Position numbers and translations under genes: made by a program. Of a stretch of DNA of 32,000 bases, positions 1-8,368 are shown piece by piece (position 1 is the first letter of the stretch; the number at the start of each line of letters is the position of its first letter). The stretch lies in NCBI GenBank assembly GCA_965228485.1, contig OZ245819.1:1260001-1292000 (forward strand), in the 5' to 3' direction. The stretch comes from Candidatus Saccharimonadota bacterium (GTDB lineage Bacteria; Patescibacteriota; Gracilibacteria; UBA4473). Below the pieces are notes generated by a model. That model did no database searches, was not told the DNA's origin, and saw only the letters and a list, made by a program, of their open reading frames with translations.

Positions 1-2
1 TG

Positions 3-170
3 ATTAAAAACCTAAATGATTTTTTTAGCCGTACAACGCTCATGAAATTTTTAGGCGCTTTATTTCAATTTAGTTTTCTTGTTTTTAAGAGAGATATTTT
101 ACTTCTAGTATTGAGCTTCGTTGTGATGAGTTACATTGGAGTTTATTTTGTGTTTTTTGCCTCAGTTTAA
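3..170 (+). CDS. 3' end of an upstream hydrophobic ORF (partial, open at window start)
   Basis: Frame 3 is open from base 3 to TAA 168-170 (...MKFLGALFQFSFLVFKRDILLLVLSFVVMSYIGVYFVFFASV*). The content is TM-like. It is absent from the ORF track because it is 5'-open. It could instead be a short ORF from ATG 42. Confidence 0.25.
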   Translation: MKNLNDFFSRTTLMKFLGALFQFSFLVFKRDILLLVLSFVVMSYIGVYFVFFASV

Positions 171-173
171 GTT

Positions 174-1448
174 ATGCCACAAAAAGCTATCAATGCCGAT
201 TTTCATCACCTGTTTCATCTAAAATTTGATAAAGAGATGGCAGAGGTGGGCTTCTATCAACTATTTTTCTATCTTGGAAGGAACTTAGTGGTTTTGTCGC
301 TCGCATACCATATGTATGTGAATCTTAATTATGATCTTTGGCAGATATGTTTTTATTTTTGTTTGGGGCAATTTATGTTTTTTGCTATGGCTCCTTTTGT
401 GGGGGCGGCTATTCAAAGACTTGGATTAAAACACTCTATTGCGGCTCGTCCTTTGGGGCTTTTTGTGTTTTGGTTAGCGTTGCCATATGTGCTTGTAATC
501 GATTTTTGGCAATCTATGCTTTATATGATTCCTTTGTTTTTTATTCGAGGATACTGTGGAGGAATGTCTTTGTTGTCTTATGATATTTTTCTCTCGCATC
601 ATTTAAATAAGCAAAATAGAGGGAAATCTTTGGCTTTGCTTCAGATTGCAATTATGGCTTCTACGGTTTTAGCTCCTATTATTGGGGGATTTATTACCGC
701 TTGGGCTGGGTTTGTTTGGACTACTTATGCTGGACTATTTTTCTTTGGAATTTCTGGATGTGTATTATTGCTGACTCCTGATGAGAAATTTAAGTTTCCT
801 TATACCATTAGTGAATTTATTCATGATACTAGAACCGTTATTCCAAAACCTTTGGCTTATGCTGAGTTTGGAAGAGTTTTTTTTGATGCGGTAATTTACC
901 TTATCTGGCCAATTTTCTTGGTAGTGGCGGTTAGTGATATTTCTAAAATTGGTCTTCTAGCAGGGCTTTCTTCAGGTGTAGCGATGGGAATTGCTTATTG
1001 GATGGGGAAACAAATGGACAAGAAGGGTGCTGGAAAGGTTAATGTGGCTATTCGTCGAGGGGCTTACCGATCTATGTTACTCAATTTTGTGCGAGGAGTT
1101 TGGTGGGAACCCGTTACTTTAGGGATTATCGATAGTGTTAATAAGATTAATGATCAAACGATCAAAGTTCCGTATGATATGCAGTTCTATAAATGGATAA
1201 ATGAAAAAAACACTCTAGAACGTTCTCATGCGAGACTTTTTTTAGATCAGGGAATCTATTTACTCGCTTTTGCACTTGGAGTTCTAGCCTTTTATTATTG
1301 TACGAACACAACGGCAGTATTTATTGCTTGTTTTTTGCTCGGAGCGATGAGTTTGTGGTTTACTCAACAGATTTCTGAAGTAGGGGAAGAAGTCGAAATT
1401 GTACGATCTGAAACAAAAAGAGTCATAAAAAAGAAATCTAAACGTTAG
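174..1448 (+). CDS. MFS-type transporter (polytopic membrane protein)
   Basis: 424-aa ORF with about 11-12 hydrophobic helices. It has an MFS motif-A-like loop 'GAAIQRLGLKHSIAARP' between TM2 and TM3 and a 'FFIRGYCGGMS' TM4-like segment. Confidence 0.6.
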   Translation: MPQKAINADFHHLFHLKFDKEMAEVGFYQLFFYLGRNLVVLSLAYHMYVNLNYDLWQICFYFCLGQFMFFAMAPFVGAAIQRLGLKHSIAARPLGLFVFWLALPYVLVIDFWQSMLYMIPLFFIRGYCGGMSLLSYDIFLSHHLNKQNRGKSLALLQIAIMASTVLAPIIGGFITAWAGFVWTTYAGLFFFGISGCVLLLTPDEKFKFPYTISEFIHDTRTVIPKPLAYAEFGRVFFDAVIYLIWPIFLVVAVSDISKIGLLAGLSSGVAMGIAYWMGKQMDKKGAGKVNVAIRRGAYRSMLLNFVRGVWWEPVTLGIIDSVNKINDQTIKVPYDMQFYKWINEKNTLERSHARLFLDQGIYLLAFALGVLAFYYCTNTTAVFIACFLLGAMSLWFTQQISEVGEEVEIVRSETKRVIKKKSKR

Positions 1449-1498
1449 TTTTAGTTGTTGATTTTTTTTATAGATTTACCATAATTTTGATTGTATAG

Positions 1499-2830
1499 AT
1501 GCAAAAACGATTCTCCCGATTTTTTGGCGCGTTACTTACTTTTGGTGTTTTGTTGACCGCTTGTGTGTTTCCAGAACAAGAAGATCCTTTTGAGCGTCTG
1601 CCTGAAGAACCTTTAGAGGTGATTGATGGTCGATTGTTTCCATTTTCTGTATCGGTTTCTACCCGAGCAACTCATCGTTTGGAAAAAGAGGGAAAGTTAG
1701 TCGCTTATCTCACCTCTGATATTGTTCAGCTTTCTGAATTTGAAAACCGAGAAGTTGAACTTGATGGGGTTTGGAGAAATGAAAAAATGAGACAGATTTT
1801 TTGGGTTGAGGCGATTCGTGTAACCGATATTGCAGAGGAAGAAACGGGAGAAAAGAACCCTATCGTTCGATTTACTACCAAGAAATTTACTTTTCAGCAT
1901 CCAGGAGAATGGGAATCGACTTTATCTCCTGATGGCGTAGCTTATTTTGTGAATAAGAATGATCCAAGTCGACGAGTTTTCTTTACTTTAAAAGTTGAAG
2001 ACTATTCTCCAGAAGCGATTCAGATTAAACCAAATATTTTGATGAATGGTTTTGCTGGAATCAAAGAAGTAGATAATGAAACCAGTGGAAAAGAGAAGGA
2101 AGTGGTAACCCTCTTTTCAAATCTAGGAAATAAAAAATATGTTTTTGAGATTAATCATAACTTTGATGATTTTGATACTAAGAAGCAGTTCTTGGATGTG
2201 CTTAATTCTTTTGTAGAAGGTGAAGAACAAGTACAAAAAGTAATTGCTGACGAACAAAAAGCTTTGGCTGAAGCGGAAGCCGCTAAGTTGGCTGAAGAAG
2301 AAGCTGCAGCAGAAGCCATAGAAGAAGTGGTTGAAGAAACAGAAGAAGCTGAAGTTTCATTTTTAGACAAGTTGCTTGGTAAAGATGGTGAAACGAGTGA
2401 AAAACAAAAAACAGAAGAACCTATAGAAACTGAAGTTAAAGAGGTAGCCGTAGTAGAAGAACCTGCTGAAACGATTATTGAAACGGGGGAGTATACGAAC
2501 CTGATCGATGAGAGAGCCTTTTACTATGAGAATAAAACTTATAACTTCTCTCTATCGGTTCCCTTTGGTCTTTGGTATCGGCACTATGGCCCAGGATATG
2601 CGAATGTGACTGAGATGGGATTTGCTGATGAACCGTTAAATTCTCGTGATGATGTGAAATTTTGGATGCGAATTATCAACAAGGAAAAACCACCTGAAGA
2701 GATTGACGAAATTGCAGTAGCTGGTCAGGTGACGGTGATTAAAAAGCGTGACGAAAGTTCAGTATTTGAGTTTAATGGTCCTATTCAATTTAGAGACCAG
2801 ATGCGATCTATGGCAGAAGTAATTCGTTGA
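1499..2830 (+). CDS. Putative lipoprotein with acidic Glu/Ala-rich linker, family unknown
   Basis: N-terminal signal peptide with a lipobox-like 'LLTAC' (MQKRFSRFFGALLTFGVLLTAC). Low-complexity 'AEAEAAKLAEEEAAAEAIEEVVEETEEAE' in the middle. The TGA stop lies 1 nt before the next ATG. Confidence 0.65.
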   Translation: MQKRFSRFFGALLTFGVLLTACVFPEQEDPFERLPEEPLEVIDGRLFPFSVSVSTRATHRLEKEGKLVAYLTSDIVQLSEFENREVELDGVWRNEKMRQIFWVEAIRVTDIAEEETGEKNPIVRFTTKKFTFQHPGEWESTLSPDGVAYFVNKNDPSRRVFFTLKVEDYSPEAIQIKPNILMNGFAGIKEVDNETSGKEKEVVTLFSNLGNKKYVFEINHNFDDFDTKKQFLDVLNSFVEGEEQVQKVIADEQKALAEAEAAKLAEEEAAAEAIEEVVEETEEAEVSFLDKLLGKDGETSEKQKTEEPIETEVKEVAVVEEPAETIIETGEYTNLIDERAFYYENKTYNFSLSVPFGLWYRHYGPGYANVTEMGFADEPLNSRDDVKFWMRIINKEKPPEEIDEIAVAGQVTVIKKRDESSVFEFNGPIQFRDQMRSMAEVIR

Positions 2831-2831
2831 T

Positions 2832-3155
2832 ATGTTTTTACTTTATTCGGCTCTTGCGGGGATTCTTTATGTTGTAGGAGATACTTTGGGCAAGTATTGG
2901 GCATTAACCGATAAATGGTGGTATTTTGCTGTGGGGCTGATTCTTTATTCGCTTGGAGGGGTATTTGTTTTTTATGCTATTCGAGAAGATTCTCTAACCA
3001 TGGCACTTTTAGTCATGCCTCCAGTGGCCATTACGTTGAGTTTGTTGGTAGGGAGATTTCTATTCGATGAGAAAATCAGCCTGGTTCAATATATTGCTGC
3101 GGCAATTATTTTGGCCAGTGTTTGTGTCCTTTTGTGGAATCCAAAAGTCTTCTAG
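2832..3155 (+). CDS. SMR/DMT-like small 4-TM membrane protein
   Basis: 107 aa with four hydrophobic helices, matching the size and layout of EmrE/ArnE-type small transporters. An acidic residue lies in TM1 ('VVGDTLGKYW'). It is tightly coupled to the upstream lipoprotein gene. Confidence 0.55.
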   Translation: MFLLYSALAGILYVVGDTLGKYWALTDKWWYFAVGLILYSLGGVFVFYAIREDSLTMALLVMPPVAITLSLLVGRFLFDEKISLVQYIAAAIILASVCVLLWNPKVF

Positions 3156-5273
3156 TTAATTTTCAGCGAGCACGTCTTTGATGATTGCGTCTATATCTTT
3201 ATAAGAAAGCGTTGCTAATTCCAGAGTTTGATCAGAGCCTTTTCTGATGAGGATTAATTTTCTATCTTGTATGACAGCAAATTTATCTCCTGGTTGAAGG
3301 GCTTTTCCAGAACTATCAATTGTTTTTGCAATAATTTCTGGGTCTATTTGATTTATTAACCCCAGGGCGTTTACAGCACCGTAGACGCTTCCTCCTTCGG
3401 GAGTTGTGTATTCTTGTGTGTATGTGGAAGTTTCTCTTTCTTCTGGTTGATCGGACAGGAGAGGTGCTCCATTGATGGCAAATGAGACATTTGCCGATGT
3501 GGTATTGAATAGCTCCCAAACCGGTTGTCCGTATGTTTCCCAGTCTTGAATGATGGTCGCATGAATATTTTCTTTCAGCAGATTTGCGTATCTAATATCG
3601 GCTGGGCTTGGTTTATCCAGTTCAGACAGGTCAGCATAGATCGTTTCAAATCGTTGATCTGGGTGTTGAGGATAGAATAAAGCCCACGCTTCTGCTCTTT
3701 GGGCATATTTTGCAGTTTCATTCCTTAGACCATATTTTGGACCATGGATGCTGACGGTAGCAACCGTTATAGGTATTCCTTTGGCCGCCATTTTTTCTAT
3801 GGCTCTTGTTACGCCTGTATAACCTCCATTATAAGACATTTCGGAAAGTCCATGAATGGCACTAGCACTGGTATCAATTTCTAGATTCGGATATTTTTCG
3901 CTCAAATTTCTTAGAAAAGTTACATATTGAGCATTTAGTCCGTATAGGTATTCACTTCCAATTCGAATATTGGTTTCCCAGTTTTCAGCATTTCCGAGGA
4001 AATTTGAAAATCTTTGAGAAAGAATATCCAGCTGAGATTTATAAGTTTTGGGATTTTTGTACCAATTAAGCAGAATTCTATACATTTGATTTCCGTCTCT
4101 TCTTTTGAGGGCTGATTGATAATCAGAATCTGAAACATCTGTTGGAAAAATTTCTGGATAATTTTCCATAACGTATCTTGTAACTTTTAAATCTCCTCCA
4201 ATAGGACTTCTTCGATCTGGCATAATTTGAGCGAGCCCCTGTGCTCCAACGCCTGATTCGGCGCTAGGTTTAAATGAGCTTTCGATGCTGACCACCCTTC
4301 TGATTGAAGGATGAACTTCTCCTTCTTGCCAGAGTTCCCACACTTGGTTAAGCACGTCTCTTCGATTTCTTACGGTGTCAAAGTAGGTATTGGCTTCGTA
4401 CTTTCTGGTTTGGGCTACTTTTAGATCAAATTCAACTTCTGCTTTAATAATCTCACTATCTTTGAGTTCTGCTTCAAAAGTATCAGGATCATACCGAACA
4501 ATTTCAGAAGCTAGTTGAGCTTTTGTGGCTTCTTCAGCTCTATAAAGCGTGCTAAATCCATAAGCAGCTGTAGCGGCTAATACAAGTCGTGTTCCCCATC
4601 TAACGGGAGTTCCTATTTTTTTGTCTATTTTTCGAGCCGTGTCTTCAACGATTTGGGAAAAACTTCGTTTATCGGTGGTTCGTCGACTGAGTTTTTCATA
4701 GTTATCATTGGCTTGTTGAATACTTTTCATCGCTAACTCAAAATCTCGTTGAGTTATTTGTAAGTCCTCGGTGGTGCTCTTGGCGTCTCTCGTGGCCTGC
4801 CTATTTAATTGCCATGATCCAATTGAAGATTTTCGATTTTCTCTTTGGCTCAGGTATTGGTCGATCTTTTCGGCAAAACTATTAGCTTCATCTACAAGAC
4901 TTTGAACCTGGCTAAAAAAATCTTCTGGATTGAGCATAACCAGTTTTTCTTCTTCATCATTTGCGATGATTTGATAATTTTCTAAAACACGAATAAAAGC
5001 CTCTATTGTTTCTCTAAATCGTGAGAGTGTTTTTGTGTTAATCGGGGATTTTCTTGGATCTCCATTTATGTAAAGAATATTGCCTTCATCGGTGTCTTCT
5101 ATTTCGGGAGCACCGTTTAGCCAGTCTTCAGTTTCTGTGATTTGCTCAGAGATGGACATAAACTCTTTTACAACTGATAATAATTGAGTTTGAGCGGATA
5201 AAATATCATTTATTTGAGGACTTTCTTCTGGAGATTTTTTTGAGGCGTTTTGTTTCATTTTTGTATAATTCAT
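3156..5273 (-). CDS. Membrane-anchored lytic transglycosylase (SLT domain) with a long N-terminal coiled-coil region
   Basis: 705 aa. SLT signature 'VVSIESSFKPSAESGVGAQGLAQIMP' with a downstream 'SYNGGY'. A single TM segment 'LVLAATAAYGFSTLY' lies near residue 235. ATG start at 5273. Confidence 0.8.
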   Translation of the reverse strand: MNYTKMKQNASKKSPEESPQINDILSAQTQLLSVVKEFMSISEQITETEDWLNGAPEIEDTDEGNILYINGDPRKSPINTKTLSRFRETIEAFIRVLENYQIIANDEEEKLVMLNPEDFFSQVQSLVDEANSFAEKIDQYLSQRENRKSSIGSWQLNRQATRDAKSTTEDLQITQRDFELAMKSIQQANDNYEKLSRRTTDKRSFSQIVEDTARKIDKKIGTPVRWGTRLVLAATAAYGFSTLYRAEEATKAQLASEIVRYDPDTFEAELKDSEIIKAEVEFDLKVAQTRKYEANTYFDTVRNRRDVLNQVWELWQEGEVHPSIRRVVSIESSFKPSAESGVGAQGLAQIMPDRRSPIGGDLKVTRYVMENYPEIFPTDVSDSDYQSALKRRDGNQMYRILLNWYKNPKTYKSQLDILSQRFSNFLGNAENWETNIRIGSEYLYGLNAQYVTFLRNLSEKYPNLEIDTSASAIHGLSEMSYNGGYTGVTRAIEKMAAKGIPITVATVSIHGPKYGLRNETAKYAQRAEAWALFYPQHPDQRFETIYADLSELDKPSPADIRYANLLKENIHATIIQDWETYGQPVWELFNTTSANVSFAINGAPLLSDQPEERETSTYTQEYTTPEGGSVYGAVNALGLINQIDPEIIAKTIDSSGKALQPGDKFAVIQDRKLILIRKGSDQTLELATLSYKDIDAIIKDVLAEN

Positions 5274-5298
5274 TATATATTAACATTTTTTCGTATTT

Positions 5299-5326
5299 TT
5301 GACAACTCCTTAAGAGGTTATAAACT
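5299..5326 (+). promoter_or_regulatory. Candidate sigma70-type promoter for leuS
   Basis: TTGACA (5299-5304), 16-nt spacer, TAAACT (5321-5326), about 45 nt upstream of the leuS ATG. Confidence 0.35.
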
Positions 5327-5374
5327 ATTTATGAAAATTGCCTTTTTAAGGCTAAAAACTAAAATCTTTTGGCT

Positions 5375-7912
5375 ATGGAATACAATCATTTACAGATCGA
5401 ACAAAAATGGCAAAAATTTTGGGTTGAAAACAAAACCTTTAAAGCCACAGAAGATCCAAGCAAAGAAAAATACTATGCTCTGGATATGTTTCCTTATCCG
5501 TCAGGAGCAGGACTGCATGTAGGGCATCCTCTGGGATATACTGCGACTGATATCATTAGTCGTAAGAAACGAATGGAAGGGAAAAATGTGCTTCATCCAA
5601 TGGGATGGGATGCCTTTGGACTTCCGGCTGAAAACTATGCGATTAAAACCGGTGTTCATCCGAGTATTTCTACGGCGGAAAATGAAGCCAACTTTAAAAG
5701 ACAAATTCAAGAACTTGGGTTTAGTTATGATTGGGATCGATGTTTTTCAACGACTGATCCAAAGTATTTCAAATGGTCCCAGTGGATATTTTTGCAACTC
5801 TATCACAAAGGGCTTGCCTATGAAAAAGAGATGCCAATGAATTGGTGTCCAGAATGTAAAATTGTGGTCGCCAATGAAGAAGTAGTAGATGGGCGGCACG
5901 AGAGATGTGGGACTCTGGTAGAAAAACGCTACTTAAAACAGTGGATGTTTCGGATTACCGATTATGCTCAGAGATTATTGGATGATCTAGACGATCTGCC
6001 AGAATGGCCAGAAAAAATTAGAGCCATGCAATCTAATTGGATTGGTAGAAGTGAAGGAGCGGAGGTTGATTTTGAAATCAAAGGTGAAAAAGTTCGAGTT
6101 TATACAACCCGTCCAGATACACTGTTTGGGGCAACTTACTTTGTCATGTCTCCAGAACATCCAATGATTTCTGACATCGTAACTGATGACCAAAAGGCCG
6201 AAGTAGCAGCGTATCAAAAAGAAGTTTCGGCTAAATCTGATCTAGAACGAACCGAGCTTAATAAAGATAAAACGGGAGTTTTTACTGGCGCTTACGCTAT
6301 CAACCCCGTTAACGGAAAAGAAATCCCAGTGTGGATTGCCGATTACGTGCTTATGAGTTACGGAACAGGTGCTATTATGGCGGTTCCAGCTCATGACGAG
6401 AGAGATTTTGAGTTTGCAATGAACCACGGGCTTGATGTAGTCCACGTTATTGATCCTGAGGGAGGAGGTTGCGATACTTCTTGTACTTATAAGTTTAGCA
6501 AAGATTCAAATAAATCTGAGCTTATAACATCTAGAGAATTGATTTATCCTAATGATGATGAACTAAAAGAAGAATTTTGTTATACAGGAACTGGGTTAGT
6601 AAAAAATTCGGAATTCTTAGATGAACTGACGGTTGAAGAAGGAATTACGAAAATTATTGACTGGCTTGAAGAACAAGAAAAAGGGGAACGAAAAGTGAAT
6701 TTTAAACTTCGTGACTGGATATTTACCCGACAACGGTACTGGGGAGAACCGATTCCTTTAGTCTTTGATGAAGATGGAAAGGTTTATCCTTTGGATGATT
6801 CAGAGTTGCCAGTGCTTCTTCCAGAAACACCAGATTATGAACCGTCAGATGATGGTAAATCACCCTTAGCTAAGGTTGAGGATTGGGTGAATGTGAAGGG
6901 AGATATTACGCCAGAAGGAACGGTAAAGATTTCAGAAAACGGTTCTCTCAATTTCACCCGAGAAACGTCTACCATGCCGAATTGGGCGGGTTCTTCTTGG
7001 TACTGGCTGCGATTTATGGATTCAGGTAATGATCAAGAATTTTGTTCAAAAGAAAGAGAGCAATACTGGGGACCGGTAGACTTGTATGTAGGAGGCGCTG
7101 AACATGCGGTATTACATCTTTTATATGGACGGTTCTGGCACAAGGTGTTATATGATCTGGGATACGTGTCTACGAAAGAACCGTTTAAAAAATTGGTAAA
7201 CCAAGGAATGATTGCTGCTGAAGATGGACGAAAAATGTCTAAGTCTTTGGGGAACGTCGTTAACCCAGATGATGTTATCAAAGAATTTGGAGCTGATACT
7301 TTGCGGTGTTATGAAATGTTTATGGGACCTTTTGAGCAAGGAAAATCATGGAATATGAATTCTGTGGCAGGGATTCGAAAATTCCTTGATCGGGTGCATC
7401 GATATTTTATGGAAAAAGAGGTGGTCGAGGCTTGCCCGGATGATGCGCTGATTTCCCTGACGCATAAAACAGTTAAAAAAGTAGGGGAGGATATTGATAA
7501 TTTCCGATTTAATACCGCCATCTCTCAAATGATGATTTGGATGAATGAGTTTTCAAAACTCGATCACATTCCAAAGATTGCTGGAAGTCGTTTTATTCGA
7601 TTACTCGCTCCATTTGCACCGCATTTGGCAGAAGAAATTTGGCATACAAAGTTTAAAACTGATTCTGATACGATTACTTATGAATCTTGGCCAACTTATG
7701 ATGAGAAATATTTAGTTGAAGATTCCGTAACTTATGCGGTTCAAGTGAATGGGAAGGTTCGGGCTGAACTCCCATTTGCCAAGGACGGAAAAAAAGATGA
7801 AGTTATTGCCGCTGCGAAAGACATTGAAAAAGTGTCTCAATACCTCAATGAAGGTGAAATTATGAAAGAGATATTTGTCCCTAACAAGATTGTTGGGTTT
7901 GTGGTGAAATAG
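5375..7912 (+). CDS. leuS: Leucyl-tRNA synthetase
   Basis: HIGH motif 'HVGHP', KMSKS motif 'RKMSKSLG', CP1 editing-domain block '[19 protein letters not shown]' and '[13 protein letters not shown]'. The ORF track starts at TTG 5369. ATG 5375 ([16 protein letters not shown]) is the more typical N-terminus. Confidence 0.95.
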   Translation: MEYNHLQIEQKWQKFWVENKTFKATEDPSKEKYYALDMFPYPSGAGLHVGHPLGYTATDIISRKKRMEGKNVLHPMGWDAFGLPAENYAIKTGVHPSISTAENEANFKRQIQELGFSYDWDRCFSTTDPKYFKWSQWIFLQLYHKGLAYEKEMPMNWCPECKIVVANEEVVDGRHERCGTLVEKRYLKQWMFRITDYAQRLLDDLDDLPEWPEKIRAMQSNWIGRSEGAEVDFEIKGEKVRVYTTRPDTLFGATYFVMSPEHPMISDIVTDDQKAEVAAYQKEVSAKSDLERTELNKDKTGVFTGAYAINPVNGKEIPVWIADYVLMSYGTGAIMAVPAHDERDFEFAMNHGLDVVHVIDPEGGGCDTSCTYKFSKDSNKSELITSRELIYPNDDELKEEFCYTGTGLVKNSEFLDELTVEEGITKIIDWLEEQEKGERKVNFKLRDWIFTRQRYWGEPIPLVFDEDGKVYPLDDSELPVLLPETPDYEPSDDGKSPLAKVEDWVNVKGDITPEGTVKISENGSLNFTRETSTMPNWAGSSWYWLRFMDSGNDQEFCSKEREQYWGPVDLYVGGAEHAVLHLLYGRFWHKVLYDLGYVSTKEPFKKLVNQGMIAAEDGRKMSKSLGNVVNPDDVIKEFGADTLRCYEMFMGPFEQGKSWNMNSVAGIRKFLDRVHRYFMEKEVVEACPDDALISLTHKTVKKVGEDIDNFRFNTAISQMMIWMNEFSKLDHIPKIAGSRFIRLLAPFAPHLAEEIWHTKFKTDSDTITYESWPTYDEKYLVEDSVTYAVQVNGKVRAELPFAKDGKKDEVIAAAKDIEKVSQYLNEGEIMKEIFVPNKIVGFVVK

Positions 7913-7914
7913 TG

Positions 7915-8094
7915 ATGGGGGCTCAACATTATGTGCCATATTTTTATTTAAAACATTTTGCATATAAGCAGTACTCTTTGGAACAATTGAAGGATAGAAC
8001 TGACGTAAAGTTTAATGTTTTTGATAAAGCTACAAAAACATCTGGTAAAAAGTTGATTTCAGAATATGCCAGCAAAGTATATTTTTTCAAATAA
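7915..8094 (+). pseudogene. N-terminal remnant of a DUF4238-like gene (about 60 codons)
   Basis: 'HYVPYFYLKHFA...KFNVFDK' matches my memory of the N-terminal HYxPxFYLxxF motif of DUF4238 proteins. I recall those being several-fold longer. This ORF stops after 60 codons and no continuation is visible in any frame. Confidence 0.4.
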
Positions 8095-8145
8095 AGTTTT
8101 TCCAAGTATTCAAAAATCTAATATTGGTTGGCACATCGTATAAAT

Positions 8146-8207
8146 CTCCAGCTTGTCTGGAGTCGGATCACTTTTGTGTTTAAGTTGAGATTCTGGACAA
8201 GCCAGAA
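8146..8207. repeat. Two inverted copies of a 17-nt hairpin with a conserved G-CTTGT-C loop
   Basis: H1 is 8146-8162, CTCCAG-CTTGT-CTGGAG. H2 is 8191-8207, TTCTGG-ACAAG-CCAGAA, whose reverse complement is TTCTGG-CTTGT-CCAGAA. Three stem pairs differ by compensatory double changes. The loop and closing pair are identical. Confidence 0.5.
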
Positions 8208-8218
8208 ATTTTAATGCT

Positions 8219-8303
8219 GTCATCCTGAGGAGGAACGACGAAGAATCTTTCAGGATTTTTTGTGGTATAATTTTTTTAAGATCCTTCGTAAACTCAGGAT
8301 GAC
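8219..8303. repeat. Compound palindromic hairpin element (REP/MITE-like or structured RNA)
   Basis: Outer 11-bp perfect inverted repeat GTCATCCTGAG (8219-8229) / CTCAGGATGAC (8293-8303). Inner arm CGAAGAATC (8239-8247) / GATCCTTCG (8280-8288) has one mismatch. The apical loop is 32 nt. Confidence 0.7.
8263..8271 (+). promoter_or_regulatory. Extended -10 box (TGgTATAAT) inside the hairpin loop, facing the amino-acid kinase gene
   Basis: Exact TGnTATAAT at 8263-8271, about 98 nt upstream of ATG 8369. No good -35 element is present. Confidence 0.35.
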
Positions 8304-8368
8304 GCATATAAAACTTGCCTAATTTCTATTTGTTTGTATTTTGCATTTAATTTGTGATTTAGAATTAA

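Noticed and set aside
168-176. In-frame TAA between the partial ORF 3-170 and the MFS ORF at 174, suggesting a nonsense-disrupted or read-through gene
   Set aside because: The 424-aa ORF already has TM1, TM2 and the motif-A loop in the expected positions for a complete MFS protein. The shared frame is most simply coincidence between two adjacent genes.
2828-2832. Possible UGA-as-sense recoding (code 4/25), as in some candidate phyla, given the CPR-like look of the window
   Set aside because: The TGA at 2828-2830 is followed 1 nt later by a well-formed next gene. Housekeeping ORFs (leuS, hisS, thrC, GH15) are full-length and uninterrupted under the standard code, and TGA, TAA and TAG are all used as terminators.
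5274-5374. T-box or other leader riboswitch upstream of leuS (and likewise upstream of hisS, 18412-18586)
   Set aside because: The leaders are too short (about 100 and 175 nt, the latter shared with a divergent gene). The conserved T-box sequence (...GGUGGUACCGCG...) is absent, and only promoter-like hexamers are visible.
5250-5522. 90-aa plus-strand ORF spanning the SLT/leuS divergent region
   Set aside because: It overlaps the SLT gene start, the promoter region and the leuS 5' end in another frame. It has no motifs and junk composition.
8224-8247. Hammerhead-ribozyme-like CUGAGGA box inside the palindrome arm
   Set aside because: The sequence after CUGAGGA does not form a stem II closed by GAAA, and no matching stem I/III with a cleavage triplet could be drawn. 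The match is just the 7-mer.
8110-8307. 65-aa minus-strand ORF in the leuS-argB-like gap
   Set aside because: It is read straight through the hairpins and palindrome ('SSSFLLRMT'). It has no start context and junk-like composition, so it is an artefact of the repeats.
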